DNA of 64,000 nt, from contig OZ024741.1 of the NCBI GenBank assembly GCA_964016885.1, positions 111,228,001 through 111,292,000 on the forward strand. The letters are read 5' to 3'. The first letter of the stretch is position 1. Every line of letters starts with the position of its first letter. The stretch is from Eledone cirrhosa. Taxonomy: Eukaryota. Of the stretch, positions 50,241-63,930 are shown piece by piece. Below the pieces are notes generated by a model, which searched no databases, was not told where the DNA came from, and worked only from the letters and a program-made list of their open reading frames with translations. The position numbers were made by a program, and so were the translations under genes.

Positions 50241-52446
50241 GTAAGTTCCATATTTGAATATGTTGATGAAAATCACTACAATTTTATAGTAAAATGATAT
50301 TACTTATTCTTTTCTTGTCATTAGAACCATAGCCATTGTATAGACAAACTAATTCACCAGAGGTTAAACAAATACAGTAGCCAGTCTGTTCATTTGGAAT
50401 TTATTAACATTCTTTTACTTCCTTCAGCTGACCTGTATTCAGAGGTATTGAGAACTAGTTTTAAACTCCATGAGTGCTAGTTTTAAACTCCTCAGTAATG
50501 GCCTGGAGGTCAATGATAAATAGAAGTGAATTGAGGACTGGTCCCTGCTGGATTCCCACCTGGACTTCAAATTCATCACTATACTCACTTTACTGGTTGC
50601 CTCTTTATACATGGCTTGCATGGTCCTCTCAAGCCATTTGTCTACACCTAGCATCCTGGACCCACCAGATTGCAGAGTGTGGGACTCTGTTGAAAACCTC
50701 CAGATCTCCAAATGCCAGTTGTCTTGCCAGAGAGAGTGCATAAATCCAAAGTGGTGTTTGTTTTACTCAATATATGGCCCAAGTATCATAAAGATGATAC
50801 ACTCCTTAGGAGATGGATGTAGTAAGCCACTGCTGCCTCCACTGCAGCATCTAGTATATTAGAGGGAGTGAAAGAGTTGCTAATAGTGGTGTTCCATATG
50901 GAGCAGCAACCTCTAACCCAAGGTAAGTCCACCAGGCTTCTTCCCATTGAACCTGGACAACTCAGCTGGCTTCAGAAGTGAGGGGATAATGTCTAGTGTC
51001 GTTTGTTTTCTGATTAGATTTAATTTGATGTGGTGAGTGAAGTGACCTGCATTTAGTCAACATAACAATCCATGAAGAACCCTAGGATCATGAGATGTGC
51101 CACATTGACACCTTACTATCTCACAGATATTGGCCCCTGATTTTGAATGAGACCCTGTTGTCACAGGCAAAGCATCAACCCAATCCCTTGCAAATTTGGC
51201 ACTCATAGTAAGTAAACAACACCATCAATATTGATCAACTTGATCAAAAAGAGAGCAAAAAATATAGATTTATAACTGTAAATTGTACCAACTCAACTGA
51301 GTTTATTTATCCTGCTCTGGAGCTGACAAACTCAGCTCCTTCCACCATAGTAGCATTTCATCCACCTCCCTATTGGAACTAATCTATATTAGAAAGAGGA
51401 GCAATCATGAATAACTACAGTCTGTTTATTGTTTGTGAGCCTAATGTTTAAAATGTTGATTTCATTGGTACTGAAACAGGAAAAGAAAATGATTTTAAAA
51501 TGTTTAAAATGTTTAATTATACAGTACTCCAGTTTTGTCAGAAATGACACAATTGTAAATTTGTTCATTTATGTTGATTTATAAGTGCATATTTCAAGGT
51601 ATATAACTTTATTTCAGAGTTGTAATTTGCTTGGCTTCTTCTTATATTCTTTTACAGCATTCACCTCTACTTTCAACCTATATTTTAATCTTCTCCCACC
51701 TCTCTCTCTTTTGTTCATGACAAGCAGACCAATACACAGTGCATACTGCATGTGTAGATTGTGCATTTGCTGCTATGTTCTATTGTCGACATCACAGTTT
51801 CACTTTACTATATTATATACTCTGCACAATTTATATCAATTTATAGTGATTAGCATAGTCATAAGAACATGGGTTAGAATACTTTGTGGTATTTGTTCTG
51901 GCTTATGGCACTCTCAGTTCAAAACACATTGAGTCCAACTTTGCTTTTCCGGTCTAGAACTGGGGTCAATTCTACCATTATATCTCTTTCTCACTTCCTC
52001 TCCATCACTTTCTCTATCCTTCTCTGGAAGAAATTAGCTGTGTTCAGACCTGGAAAAGGGATGGCTCTGTCACGTTTAAAATACTTAAGACATGCTGTAT
52101 GTCAATGCAGCCCCCTTTCAACTCCTTCAGTAGTTACGGATTTATGCAAAAAAAACAATATATATTCAACACAATAGGAAGTGCATCTAGCTGTAGAAAA
52201 CTTACTAAAGAAAGAGTTGGGTGGACCCTTCAGTTGTATCAAAGGCATGACAACCTCTTCTGTGCACTCCATAATACGTAAGACTGTAAGTAAGTGAAAT
52301 GCAGAAGCCTCAGCTTGTCTGTGAGGTCAGTAATTCCATTTTAGTACTGACTTAATCTTTGTAGACTCGTCCAAACCTTGCTAGCAGAGAGAGTGGACAT
52401 TAAACAATGACGATGATGATTCTTCATTTAAAATTACCTTTTTCAG

Positions 52447-52577
52447 GCTGGTGGCTCTCAATGGCACCAGAAGATACATTCCTTAATCGACTCCATCCTC
52501 TTGATAAATTGCATCAATTTTTTGACAAATCAGTCAGGTTTGGAAGCTTTAATGAAAAAACTATTGGATTTCTCTTG
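52447..52577 (+). CDS. Patatin-like phospholipase, exon 5
   Basis: ttttcag|(G)WWLSMAPEDTFLNRLHPLDKLHQFFDKSVRFGSFNEKTIGFLL|gtatgt; 131 nt, phase 1 to 0. Confidence 0.85.
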
Positions 52578-52692
52578 GTATGTTACTATTTTTATATATA
52601 TGTATAATTCTCTTTTATTCATTGTTTCTGAGAATGAAATACTTGCTATTCTCATTCTTCTATAAATGTTTTACTTTCTCTTATATATTATA

Positions 52693-53714
52693 CTAGCTGA
52701 ATTACCCGGCATTGCCTGGGTTACTGCTGTTCTTATTCAGATTAGTAAACAATAAATAGGATCTCTAAGACATTGTTTATTATTATCGGTAGGGTGTCAA
52801 ACAACATGCTTTGCGATATATTGTTACGGCCCTTTACATTCTGAGTTCAAATCCTGTTGAGGTTAGCTTTAACTTTCATCCTTACGGGGTTGATAAAATA
52901 AAGTACCAGTAACACACTGGGGTCTATTTAATCAACTTTCCCCTTCCCTGAAATTGTTGACCCTGGAAAGGTGGGGGGGTTATTCTCAGTTCCCAGAGTG
53001 TGCCTGAAAATGCTAGTGACCCTGGGTGCCCATACTGGATTTTCAATAGCAACATTTGCTAGGTGTGTATATAGCAGATCAATTTTTTGTGTGGAACTAT
53101 CAATAGCTACTTAAGTCATAAGTTTGAGCTCGAAGAGTATCAAACTTATTCAACAAACTTATGTATAAGAATAGCAAACAAGAACAAACACAGAAGAACA
53201 ATTGAGAAAGTCATCGCAATTATTGAAGAAATTATAACCGAGTGAACATATTCAGGTACTGTTCAAACACCCTGTATATCACCGTTTGTAAAGCCTTCGA
53301 ATGACTGAAGCAATTCAATAAAACCACCCCATTTTCCCCCTATAGTAGACATAATACGAGAAAACACACCATAATAAGTCGAATAAACAATCAGAAGTGT
53401 TGGCCCTAAAGGGGCCCTTGTAACATTCACTGTTGCAAAGTGTCAATAATTACATCTTAATTCGTGTTAATCTTCCCACGATCTGAAATATCGACAAAAT
53501 AAACTCTACTCTCAAAGACATGTACAATTAACATGCTGGGAGTACAAATATTCGTCAACATACGATTTGGGTTTTATTCTTCAGACTAGTCTCATAATAA
53601 GCCAACTTCCAGGTCATTGACCATCGCATTTTTTTGTAACTTATCACCGATTCCTGCAGTTGACCTTAATGTAACCTAAGCGTGTGCATGTGTTTAGAAT
53701 CCATATCAATGGAT

Positions 53715-53750
<36 letters not shown>

Positions 53751-54130
53751 GACATCTGTTCAGTCGTCAACCAAAATTAGATTGTCTTCTGCTTTCTTTG
53801 AAATTTCTTTATGTATAGTTCTAATAAGATGTTGCCTCTTTTTGGAGGACTGAGTTGTAGGAGGCAGGAAGGGAGGATTTAACATACAGTAGGGATATCT
53901 CCTCTTCTGCCTCTCTCAGTGAAACATCTTCTCTTTCCTCATCCATTGTAAAGATGTCCCCAGGGGTTCCATTATTGATTTTTATTGAAATCCAATTAGC
54001 CAGTCCTATTTCTGAATATTAGCTTAACATATGTAAAGTTTCATCAGGATCCGATCACTGGGGTAGGCGCCAACTGGTTATACGCAGATACACAGACAGA
54101 CAGAAATTGCCATTTATATAGTAGGTATGA
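52693..54130 (-). mobile_element. Non-autonomous Helitron with nested SINE A
   Basis: (-) 5' A|TCATACCTACTATATAAAT and 3' hairpin CCCAGGCAATGCCGGG..CTAG|T; inserted at an AT dinucleotide. Confidence 0.72.
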
Positions 54131-54919
54131 TATGATAAATTAATTCATAATGGACACATCATGGTCAAATGGTTAAGTGGTTCACTTCACAACTATTAGG
54201 TCCTTATTTTGATGCCAATGCATGGTATCTTGGGCAGGTCTCATTTACCACAGTCTCAAGTTGACCCATATCTTAAGAGTGAAAGTGGTTTGACATTAAA
54301 CCCTTCAGATGGATGATACCTGTAATTCAAAGGGTCAATATCCTTGAGAATGATGTTAAGAGTATGTGTGTCTGTGGAATTCCCAGCCATTTACACGTTA
54401 ATTTAACAAGCAGGATGTTCTGTTGATTGAATGGAAAAAGGTGTCTATCTTATTTCATTCAGTAGGTTTATACATCCCGTTATTATTAGACTATTTTATT
54501 TAGTCAAAGTTACAGCGAAATCTCCTAATTCAGTTACTTCGCTCATCACCTTCTAAACATACATTCACTGGTACTGTTTTATTAACCTGGAAAGCCAAAG
54601 CTGATCTTGACTGGATTTGAACACAGAATGTAAAGTGCTGAAAAAATAACACAAAAGACTTTGTTTGATGTCTTAACAGTTCTGCGAATCCACTGCCCTT
54701 GTATATTTATTAATAATAAGACAGACATATGTATGTGTTGACAGGCAATGGATTAAGCATTTATATATACTTGTTGACAGGCAATGGATTAGGAGGAAGA
54801 GAAAAATATATCGTATTCCTACACTAAAGATAGAAAGTAGTTTCACTTGGTATAGACAGTTGCTGTACCATGAATGTTTTTGATCCATGCTAATGTGATG
54901 ACATATTTAAGGGAGCCAA

Positions 54920-55112
54920 TAATAATTGTTTCTATATTTGGCACAAGGCCAGCAATTACCCAGTACATTACTGGTACTTTATTTTATCGACCCCGTAAGG
55001 ATGAAAGGCAAAGTTAACCTCGGCGGGATTTGAACTCAGTATGTAAAGGGACATAACTATGCTGGAAAGCATGGCGTCCGACTCTCTACCGATACTGCCA
55101 ATCCTCCACCCA
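54920..55112 (-). mobile_element. SINE family A with target-site duplication
   Basis: Reverse complement of the 11451 family; AAGGGAGCCAATAATAAT present on both sides. Confidence 0.85.
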
Positions 55113-55240
55113 AGGGAGCCAATAATAATGAGAGAGAAAGAGGGAGAATGTGTGTGTGTGTGAGTGAGAGAGAGAGAACAAGTACCAGTTCATATGAATT
55201 ATTTACTTCTATTAACTAATCAATATTTTAACCCAATCAG

Positions 55241-55344
55241 TTTTCAGATGATGAGCCAGAGATTATGCGGAACCATTTGGAAGACAGGCTTAAAGAGAGT
55301 GGATGTAGCACACTGCCTGAATACCCAGATACCAAACTATCCAA
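55241..55344 (+). CDS. Patatin-like phospholipase, exon 6
   Basis: caatcag|FSDDEPEIMRNHLEDRLKESGCSTLPEYPDTKLS|gtaagg; 104 nt, phase 0 to 2, matching exon 7. Confidence 0.75.
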
Positions 55345-56810
55345 GTAAGGTGTTATTTATACATACATATATCTATATTTCATTAGTATACATACACACA
55401 CACACACACATATATGTTTATGTATACTCTATTTTCTAAACATATAGAATGCATTTTATCGTGGTGCCATGATAAAATGCACAGCTGACATTGAGGTCAG
55501 AGGCTCCACATGAATACTGAGTGGTCTGTGATGACATAGACTCTTGCTAGCAGAGAAAATGGGCATTAAACAATGATAATTGTGATGATGATAGAATATA
55601 GTTATATCATCATCATCATCATCACCGTTTTACGTCCGTTCTTCCATGCTAGCATGGGTTAGACGGATTGTCCTGTTGTGGGCAGTGTCTGGTCAGCTGA
55701 CCTTGTCTTGCTCATATGGGAACTGATTCTGGCTTGATTTCTACAGCTGGATACCCTTCCTAACACCAACCTTCACATATAAATAATATACATCTACACT
55801 CCATCTTCTAAACATATATAATATGTATGTGTGTGTGTTATCATCATCATCACCGTTTAACATCCATTTGTCTATGTTAGCATGAGTTAGACAAGTTATC
55901 CTATTGTGAACAATGCTAGGTCAGGTGAACATGCCTTGCTCATACAGAACTGATTTTGGCTTGGTTTCCACAGCTGGATGTCCTTCCTAGCACCAACTTC
56001 ATTTACAGTGAGTACTGGGTGCTTTTGTCATGACACCTACACAACCATTTTACAGTGTGGACTGGGTGCTTTTTGTTGTGACACCTACACAACCACTTTA
56101 CTGTGTGGGCTGGGCTTTTCGTCGTGTCACCATCATGATCGTGTGTGTGTGTATAAATAACATACAGGGCTTCCTCTTCAAATTCATAATTTTCAACCTT
56201 AACCTTATCAGTGTCAATCTCAGTCTCATTATCATCATCATCATCATCATTGTTCCTCACTTCCCACTTTATCCTGTAGGTTGAGCTAGATCTGCCAGTT
56301 TTGTGGACTTCTTTGTCTTTAGGTAGTCTCATGTTGCAGATAACTAGATGGTGATCAGCTCAGCCCCTATCTTAACATGAACATTCAGCACAGAATCAAA
56401 GAGATCAGAGAAAATAACAAAATCAATTATTGATCTGTTCCCAAGTCTTCTTATACCATGTGATTATTGATGAGTTTGTGCTCAAAGAAAGTGTTCATAA
56501 CACAGAGTTCATTACTAGAGGAGAAGTCTAATAAGGCCTTTAATAAGGCCATTTAGATTGGGATCACTGTTCTTTCCAATCACTCCTTTCCATGTCAGGT
56601 GGTCAGTGTCAACATGTGCATTGAATCTTCCATTAGGATATATGACTCAGTCTTAACTACATCAAATGCTGCAGTGACATCATCAAGGAAGGATCTATAT
56701 TCAAACTCTCTGTTTGGAACATAAAATTGCATCACCCTTCCATCATAATGAAAAATGTTGTTATGTTATATTCTAAACATCAGCTTATTCATGGAAAATG
56801 TTAGTTATTA

Positions 56811-57139
56811 CTCACAAGTCCCAAATAATAGGAGGGGGCTTGGAATAATTTGGGGAGTTGGAATAAGTGGGGGGAGGAAATCTAATTTTTCTAGGTTGTC
56901 TCTATGATGTTTTTACAAACCAGAATTAATAATTTAGTTGACATATTGTGATCCCAATCCACCCTATTTATTTCATAACATATGTGATTTCTAGTAATGT
57001 ACCTTTTTGGTCATGTATTATGTTTTTAATGTCTAAAGAAAATTAATTGTTGCAGGAATGCTACCACTTAAAATAAAATTTCGCCAGAGATAGAGTAGCA
57101 AAATTTAATAAGCGGGGTGGGGTATTTGAGACCTGAGAG
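56811..57139. mobile_element. MITE with TA target duplication
   Basis: TA|CTCACAAGTCCCAAATA ... TATTTGAGACCTGAGAG|TA, imperfect TIRs. Confidence 0.6.
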
Positions 57140-57254
57140 TATATTAAAGTTTTGATTATATTCAAAATAAATAAATAAATTGAAATGCATAGGCAATGGA
57201 TGTTTTGGGAAATATAGTAATGAGAAGATTAAGTAATTATCATTTATTTTACAG

Positions 57255-57339
57255 GGAAAGAGAAGAAAACACCAAGAAAAAAATCCAAGAATGCTCAAAA
57301 CATGATAAGATCTGTAATGCCTTTGATAAATTACTGATG
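57255..57339 (+). CDS. Patatin-like phospholipase, exon 7
   Basis: ttttacag|(K)EREENTKKKIQECSKHDKICNAFDKLLM|gtttgt; 85 nt, phase 2 to 0. Confidence 0.72.
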
Positions 57340-57951
57340 GTTTGTATTTTTAAGCACATGTGTAAGAAGTATGACAGTTTTAGACTATTGAAAATGTTTG
57401 TATTAATTTTGTGGTTGAAAATGGGTAAATGGTAAATGTGTAGAAACCAGTTGGATGCATTGTATCTGTAATTCAAAGGGCTAGCTTTATTACCAGTGCC
57501 ATGCTGATTCTACCAGAGAGTATGTTAAGGGTACAAGTTGTTGTGGGATACTCAGCCACTTATATGTTAATTCTATTAGTGTGTAGTTCATTTAATAACA
57601 CAACAGGAGTGTTCTTTCACTTGCATATGTCTATGTACATAGATATGTGTACACATATGTTTGTACACACACATTCTATTTACACACTGTTGTTTTTCAT
57701 ATAAAATATTGTGTGATTTACATATAAAACATTCTATGTACAAACTGTTGTTTTACATATAAAACAACAAGAATTCTCATCATCAAAACACTATATTTTT
57801 TACATTGCCATGCATGCCTGTATGTTCATACATATGTATGTATTCACATGATTAAGACTAGTAACATTTCTCATTCAGTTTAGTCTTCGTCTGCTCTCCC
57901 TTTTGAGAGCAGAAACTACAAAAAGCCTAGTTGTTCATAGTATGAGTTTAA

Positions 57952-59112
57952 TCTATATATATAAAACTGATGTTGTCCGTGTGTGTGTGTCCCCTTCATT
58001 TTTGCAAAGTCTATACAAATCCACATTTCTACTCCGATTGACTTCAAACTTGCATTTATATATTCCTTGCATTCTAAAGATATTAACTGCAGCTTTTATT
58101 TTTTTATTTTTTGTTGTTAAAGGGGTGTTAGGCGCCGGTTATCCATCTCCGTCGCGCTCTTATAATATCTGTCTGTATGCTTGGTTGTCTGCATTACGAC
58201 ATTCTGACGAACATTGATGATGTATTATGGTCGCTATTTTCCGTTCATTGCCAGGGAGCATTTTCACGAACCAAAGTATTGTCTTCCTGTTTTCCTTCGG
58301 TTGCAACGTTTTTCGAAATATTTATTTCTGCGTTCACAGATTGATGACTTTAGTTTCAGAAGATCCCGTTAAGGGTGAAAGCAACGATTCTTTGCTTAAA
58401 CTTTAATCTGTTATTTTAATCTATATATGTATATATATATATCAAACTGAGGAAGGATGTATGTATGTATGTATGTATGTATGTATGTATGTATGTATGT
58501 ATGTATGTGTGTGTTTGTGTGTGTGTGAAACCCGAGAAGTACCCAACCGATCTTTTCCATACTTTACATGTGTATTACTTATATTTCAGGGAATGTTATG
58601 CACATAAAAAAATTCGACTTTTTGATCCCCTAGGGTTCGCATTAGGTGAAAAACTGCATTTTTTTCAGCGTTTTAGGGTTTTTATGAGGCGTTACATTAA
58701 ACCGATTTCCTTGAAATTGTAACTATGTATTAGTCAGTCTCTTCTTCAAACCTTGAGCAAAGAAAATCCAACTTTTTTATGGCCTAGGGCCCGCATTAGG
58801 TGAAAAATTTCATTTTTTTCAGCTTTTTAAGGCTTTTTTGAGGTGTTACGTCTAGCCGATTTTCCCGAAATTTCAAGGCATATTATGCAGATAAAACCAA
58901 TTCATTTTCTTGATCCCCTAGGGCCTGCATTAGGTGAAAAACCTGCCTTTTTCCTGCTTCATCGAGGAAAATCTTAGATTATCCAGCCATCAGAGTATTC
59001 ATTTTATTTTCTTTACATATTGTCCAGGCATGCAGTTTTTTCACGATTAGGTCTATTGGCGGCCCGTGTTCCATAATATCTTATCCCGTGCAACGCCGGG
59101 TACCACTGCTAG
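57952..59112 (+). mobile_element. Non-autonomous Helitron(s): two 5' ends, one 3' end
   Basis: A|TCTATATAT..AAACTGA at 57952 and 58420; (GTAT)n; three internal CCTAGGG..GCATTAGGTGAAAAA repeats; 3' hairpin CCCGTGCAACGCCGGG + CTAG|T at 59112. Confidence 0.8.
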
Positions 59113-59157
59113 TACTACATAAAACTAAACAAACTGAATTTATCCCATTTTATTGTA

Positions 59158-59576
59158 CAGTAAGTCCCCCAACTTACGAACAAGTTACATAACAAGAGGC
59201 TGTTTGTTACTTGATTTGTTTGTAAGTTGATCGTCTAACACAGTACGTACCAGTAAGCCCATATATGTTTCATTGATTCTGTAGGTTTCCACATGAATGA
59301 TATATATATAGAGGTATATATAACATGTAATAATGAATTTAATTACTGTAAAGCTAATGACAATAAATTGTTAAAGAAAAAAGTACTTTTTCAATTCTGC
59401 GAAAGCAGAATGGTATCCCATACTGTAGGTACGATTTATGCTGCAAAAGAAGGAACCCAGGGCCCAAAAAAGACCAAAGAAACAAACCCACCCCAGAAGA
59501 AAATTTTCTTTTCTTTGTGAGACTTCATATCTGTAGAAGTTCGTAAGTAAGATGTTCATAAGGTGGGGACTTACTG
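59158..59576. mobile_element. Tc1/mariner (pogo/Tigger-like) MITE
   Basis: TA|CAGTAAGTCCCCCAACTTACGAAC ... GTTCATAAGGTGGGGACTTACTG|TA. Confidence 0.85.
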
Positions 59577-60078
59577 TAATTCTGTTGAGTCTGATCCTTT
59601 AACTTTCAACATTCTATAATGATTTGACAGAAAATATCTAAAATCAGGTTTGTTTGTTTGAATGTTTGTAGTATCATTACTAGTTGACAGATTGTTGTGA
59701 AGATTTACAGTAAACTAAAGATTTTAATTCTTAATGTGATTCCATCAGAGTGCTGTTTTGTACCTTTCTTCCAGAATGTCTTACTAATGTGGCTTCATGT
59801 AGTTACAAGATGTTAAGAGTTAAATTAAATTAATGTAATATCTTTATAAAATAAATGCTATGTAGCAATTACATCATCTTATTCTTTCAGTCCAGAGTTA
59901 AAATAAATTAATGTAATATTCACATTTTCCTTCACCCCACCCCCAGAGTTGTTGGGTGTACTGCTTATGCAGTGTATCTTAAGCAAACACAGCCCAGTGG
60001 AGCCCATCCCTCACCAGGCCAACATAAATATGTTTATGAAAATATATGTTATGTAGCATTTATATTTTATCATTTCAG

Positions 60079-60147
60079 GCCATTGCTAAACACAACCCAC
60101 AACACCTATGGGGCATTGATATAAAAATGTTAACTGCTGCTTTACTT
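60079..60147 (+). CDS. Patatin-like phospholipase, probable exon 8 (gene continues past the window)
   Basis: atttcag|AIAKHNPQHLWGIDIKMLTAALL|gtgagt; 69 nt, phase 0 to 0; strong splice sites, no stop. Confidence 0.62.
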
Positions 60148-60459
60148 GTGAGTACACAGTATTATGAGATGATAGTAGTCTGAAATACATAGAATGTCTT
60201 TTAATTGACTAGAATTTTACACATTATTTCATTGTTTTTATCCTTCGCATATCTACATTCAATTGTCTTACAACTGCTTACCTCAATTGTGGTTGAGGTG
60301 GAATAAATAGTAGTAGTAGCAGTAGGAGGACCAGTTTTTTTTTTTTTAGAAAAGAGAAAACATATATATACGTGTGTGTGTCTAAACTGTTCCAGTATTT
60401 TAGACTCATTCTCTCTTATATACACATATATACACCAGGTCCAAACACAAAAGAATGAA

Positions 60460-60712
60460 ATTCCCACTGCCATTGCCTGCATCTCTCCTGCTCTCCCCAT
60501 CTCACTATTGTGAGTAAATGGGGACCCATGCACCAGCTTCCCCATGGCCCTGACAGACAGAATAGAGAAGGCATTTCCCTGGAGGATGGTGAAGGAGAAG
60601 TGCTGGAAGAGCCATTCCAGTTCGCGAGGCTCACACCTGCGGGTAACTCTGTGCCAATGGTGGTGAGTAGAGAGGAGGCCCTAGGGCCAAGAACACCAGA
60701 AGTCTCCACTAT
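60460..60712 (-). mobile_element. CRE-like element, short 3' fragment
   Basis: VETSGVLGPRASSLLTTIG; matches 4480-4665. Confidence 0.78.
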
Positions 60713-60775
60713 CTAACATCTCAGATGCACAAATGTCTTGAGTTTTATTATATAGATAAATGTATATTTTAGGGT

Positions 60776-63700
60776 CATCATCATCATCATTTTACATCCG
60801 CTTTTCCCGGCTTGCAAGGGTTGGACGGGTCCTATTCAGCACAGCATCTCTCCACTTGTCACGGTCCTTTGTCATCCCCTCGGTGAGTTTCAGCGATCTG
60901 AGGTCTGCTCTCACCACCTCCGCCCATGTTTTACATGGTCTTCCTTCTACTGGGATTTCTTGGCACTTTACCCAGCGGTCATCCTCCATGTGCATCACAT
61001 GTCCATACCATCTCAGTCTTCTCTCCTGCACACCACAACTTATCCCTCTTTTTCCCAGTTTCTTTCTCAATTCATCCATGCTTGGTCGTTCACGCACATT
61101 GACATTGCACATCCAACGGAGCATACTTGCTTCATTTCTCTCCAGCCGTTGCTTCATTTCTCTCCCCTGCAGTTGCCGCCCATGTCTCACTACCATGCAG
61201 CATCGCCCATCTCACACAGGCATCATATAACAGTCCTTTCGTATGCAGAGAGAAACCCTTCTTTGTCAAAGGAAGCAGCTCCCTAAACTTCTTCCAACCC
61301 GTCCTTATTCTAGATACTATGGCCTCGGAACCCCCCCCCCCCCCCCCGCGCTAATCTGATCACCTAGGTACCGGAAGCTATCAACCACTTCTATAGAACC
61401 CACCTGCATTGGAAAAATGTGTCTATCACTGTGATTAGTACTGCCAACTTTCCCTGTACATCTACTGCATACGTAGTTTTCCCTACCTGTTAGTTTGCCT
61501 GCTATCCCACTACATCTCTTGTGTACCCAAGATCTGCATTGCATGAATTTTATGGAATTTATGCCAGTTCCTTTCCTACATATCGAACATGCCTACTCTC
61601 ACTTTACTGACAGCACCCCTGTACATAGCTTGCACTGCCCTCACAAGCCATTCCTCTACACCTAGTTTCCTTAGGGACCACCAGATGACAGATCGGGGTA
61701 CCCTATCAAAGGCCTTCTCTAGGTCAACAAAAGCTAAGTATAGTGGCTTATTCTTGTCTAAGAACTTCTCTTGTAGTTGCCTCACTAAGAAGAGAACATC
61801 TGTTGTACTTTTCTGAGGCACAAAACCAAACTACATCTCATCTAGCTTGACCCTTTCTCTAATCAGTTGCGCTAATATTCTCTCTGCCACTTTCATAACC
61901 TGATCCATCAGCTTTATGCCCCTATAATTGCTCCTCTCTAGAGCATCTCCTTTACCTTTGTAGCAATTTTTGAGAATACTGCTGCACCAGTCTTTGGGTA
62001 TGACACCACCATATATAACTTGATTGATGATGCGTGCAACCAGTTTAATGCCTACTTTACCTGATGCCTTCAGCATCTCAGCAACTATCCCCAACAATCC
62101 AGTAGCCTTACCATTCTTCATTTCTTTAATTGCCTCTTGTACCGTATATTCGTCAATCTCAATAGCTGGTCCCCCTGTTGGGTCTACTGGGGGTAATTTC
62201 TCTCTGTCCCATTCATTCTCCACATTCATCAGTCTCTCATAGTGACATTTCCGGGCCTCCTTTTTTGATCATTCGTGACACTAAGTGCCCCGACATCATT
62301 CCGGACACATTTATCTCCAACAACATCCTGATTTGCATTGACACACTGCCTTGCAATGCGGAACATCACACGTCTCTGATCTTCCCGTCGCAGGACATTG
62401 GCAAACCTCCTACTCTCAGCCTCCCTGCGTGCTAAGTACACCGGACGTCTAGCTTCTTTCCTAGCAGCTGTGTATCCTTCCCTACTCCCACCATTTTTCC
62501 AAGCCTTCCATGCCAGTCTTTTGTCTTTAATGGCCCTATCTACCATGCTGTTCCACCACCAGGTCACTCTCTGTCTGGTCTGAGCTCTGCCCCAACCACA
62601 AGTTTCTTCAGTAGCCTGTAGTAAGTTGTCACGTAAGAAAGTCCAGTTATCATCTATGTCATACAACTCTAAATCATCTTCTTTTTCGTCATACACGTCT
62701 TGAAGGGCTTTGCTAAATTTATATTTTAATGAAAGGTCTTTTAGCTTCCAGACCTTTCTTTTCGACACCTTCCTGTATGTCTCATTCTTTCTCATGCTTA
62801 CTGAGATGTCACTAATGACTAACCTATGCTGTGGGGTACATTCTTCCCCAGGGTATGCCTTAGTATTTGACACTATCTGTCTGTCTCGCTGTCTAACTAG
62901 CAGGAAGTCAATCTGGCTTATGTGCTCGCCTGATTTGTAGGTTATTAGGTGGTTGGTACGCTTCTAGAAGTTAGTGTTGCAAATGGTTAGTGCATTTGCA
63001 TCATAACATTCAAGAAGCCTCACTCCTTCTTCATTTCTTGAGCCGTAACCGTGCCCACCATGTACCCCAGTATATCCATCCTGGAGGCGTCCAACATGTC
63101 CATTGAAGTCCCCTGCTAGCATAACGATGTCTCTGTCCTCTGTCATTGAGGCTGTTTGTAAAAGTTGCTCATAAAAGCAGTCTTTCTCATCTTTACCTAG
63201 GCCTGCCTGGGGCGCATAGGCAGAGATGATTGTCAGTAGTCTCTTGCCTACAACTAATCTAAGTTTAATTATTCTATCACTAACTTTAACTACCTCTATT
63301 GTCTTATTGATCCACCTCTCAGCCAGTAATATGCCCACCCCACCTAACCCATCATCATTACCCACCCAGAAAAGCTTATAACTACGATGTTTGCCTGCGA
63401 ATAGTCTTGCAGAGGCACCTCTCCATCTCACCTCTTGCACACAGCACACACCCACAGGCCTTCTCTCCAACATCTCCGCTATCTCACCAGATCTACCTGT
63501 TAGAGTGCCAACATTAAGTGTGGCAACTCTGAAATGCGACGTCTCGTTCTTTTTCCTGTTGTGCGATTGCTTGATGACGGTCATGGGGTTTTCACCCATG
63601 GCCTCACTAGCCACTCTACTACCGTGTGTAGCCCTAACATGATTAGTGTTATTGCTGTTTACGCAGTTGTTTTTGTACGATTGCTTGATGACGATTGGAG

Positions 63701-63930
63701 GGTTCTCGCACATGGCTGCACCAGTCACCCCACTACCGCGTGCAGCCCTAACATGGTTAGTGTTATTGCTGTTTACACAGTTGTTTTTGTACGATTGCTT
63801 GATGACGGTCGGCGGGTTCTCGCACATGGCTGCACCAGCCACCCCACTACCGCGTGCAGCCCTAACATGGTTAGTGTTATTGCTGTTTACACAGTTGTTG
63901 CAAATTTCAATCGTTGTGTTCATAGTGTTT
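60776..63930 (-). mobile_element. RTE LINE, near full length (APE endonuclease + RT), disrupted
   Basis: ATLNVGTL..VQEVRW..GVGILL..ISAYAPQ..GDFNGHVG..N.EG..NT.F..IDFLL..QHRLV; [17 protein letters not shown] with a central deletion; (GAT)n tail at 60776-60790. Confidence 0.93.
63558..63899 (-). repeat. 3 x 114-bp in-frame tandem repeat at the RTE 5' end
   Basis: Encodes 3 x 38 aa NNCVNSNNTNHVRAARGSGVAGAAMCENPPTVIKQSYK upstream of APE. Confidence 0.92.
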
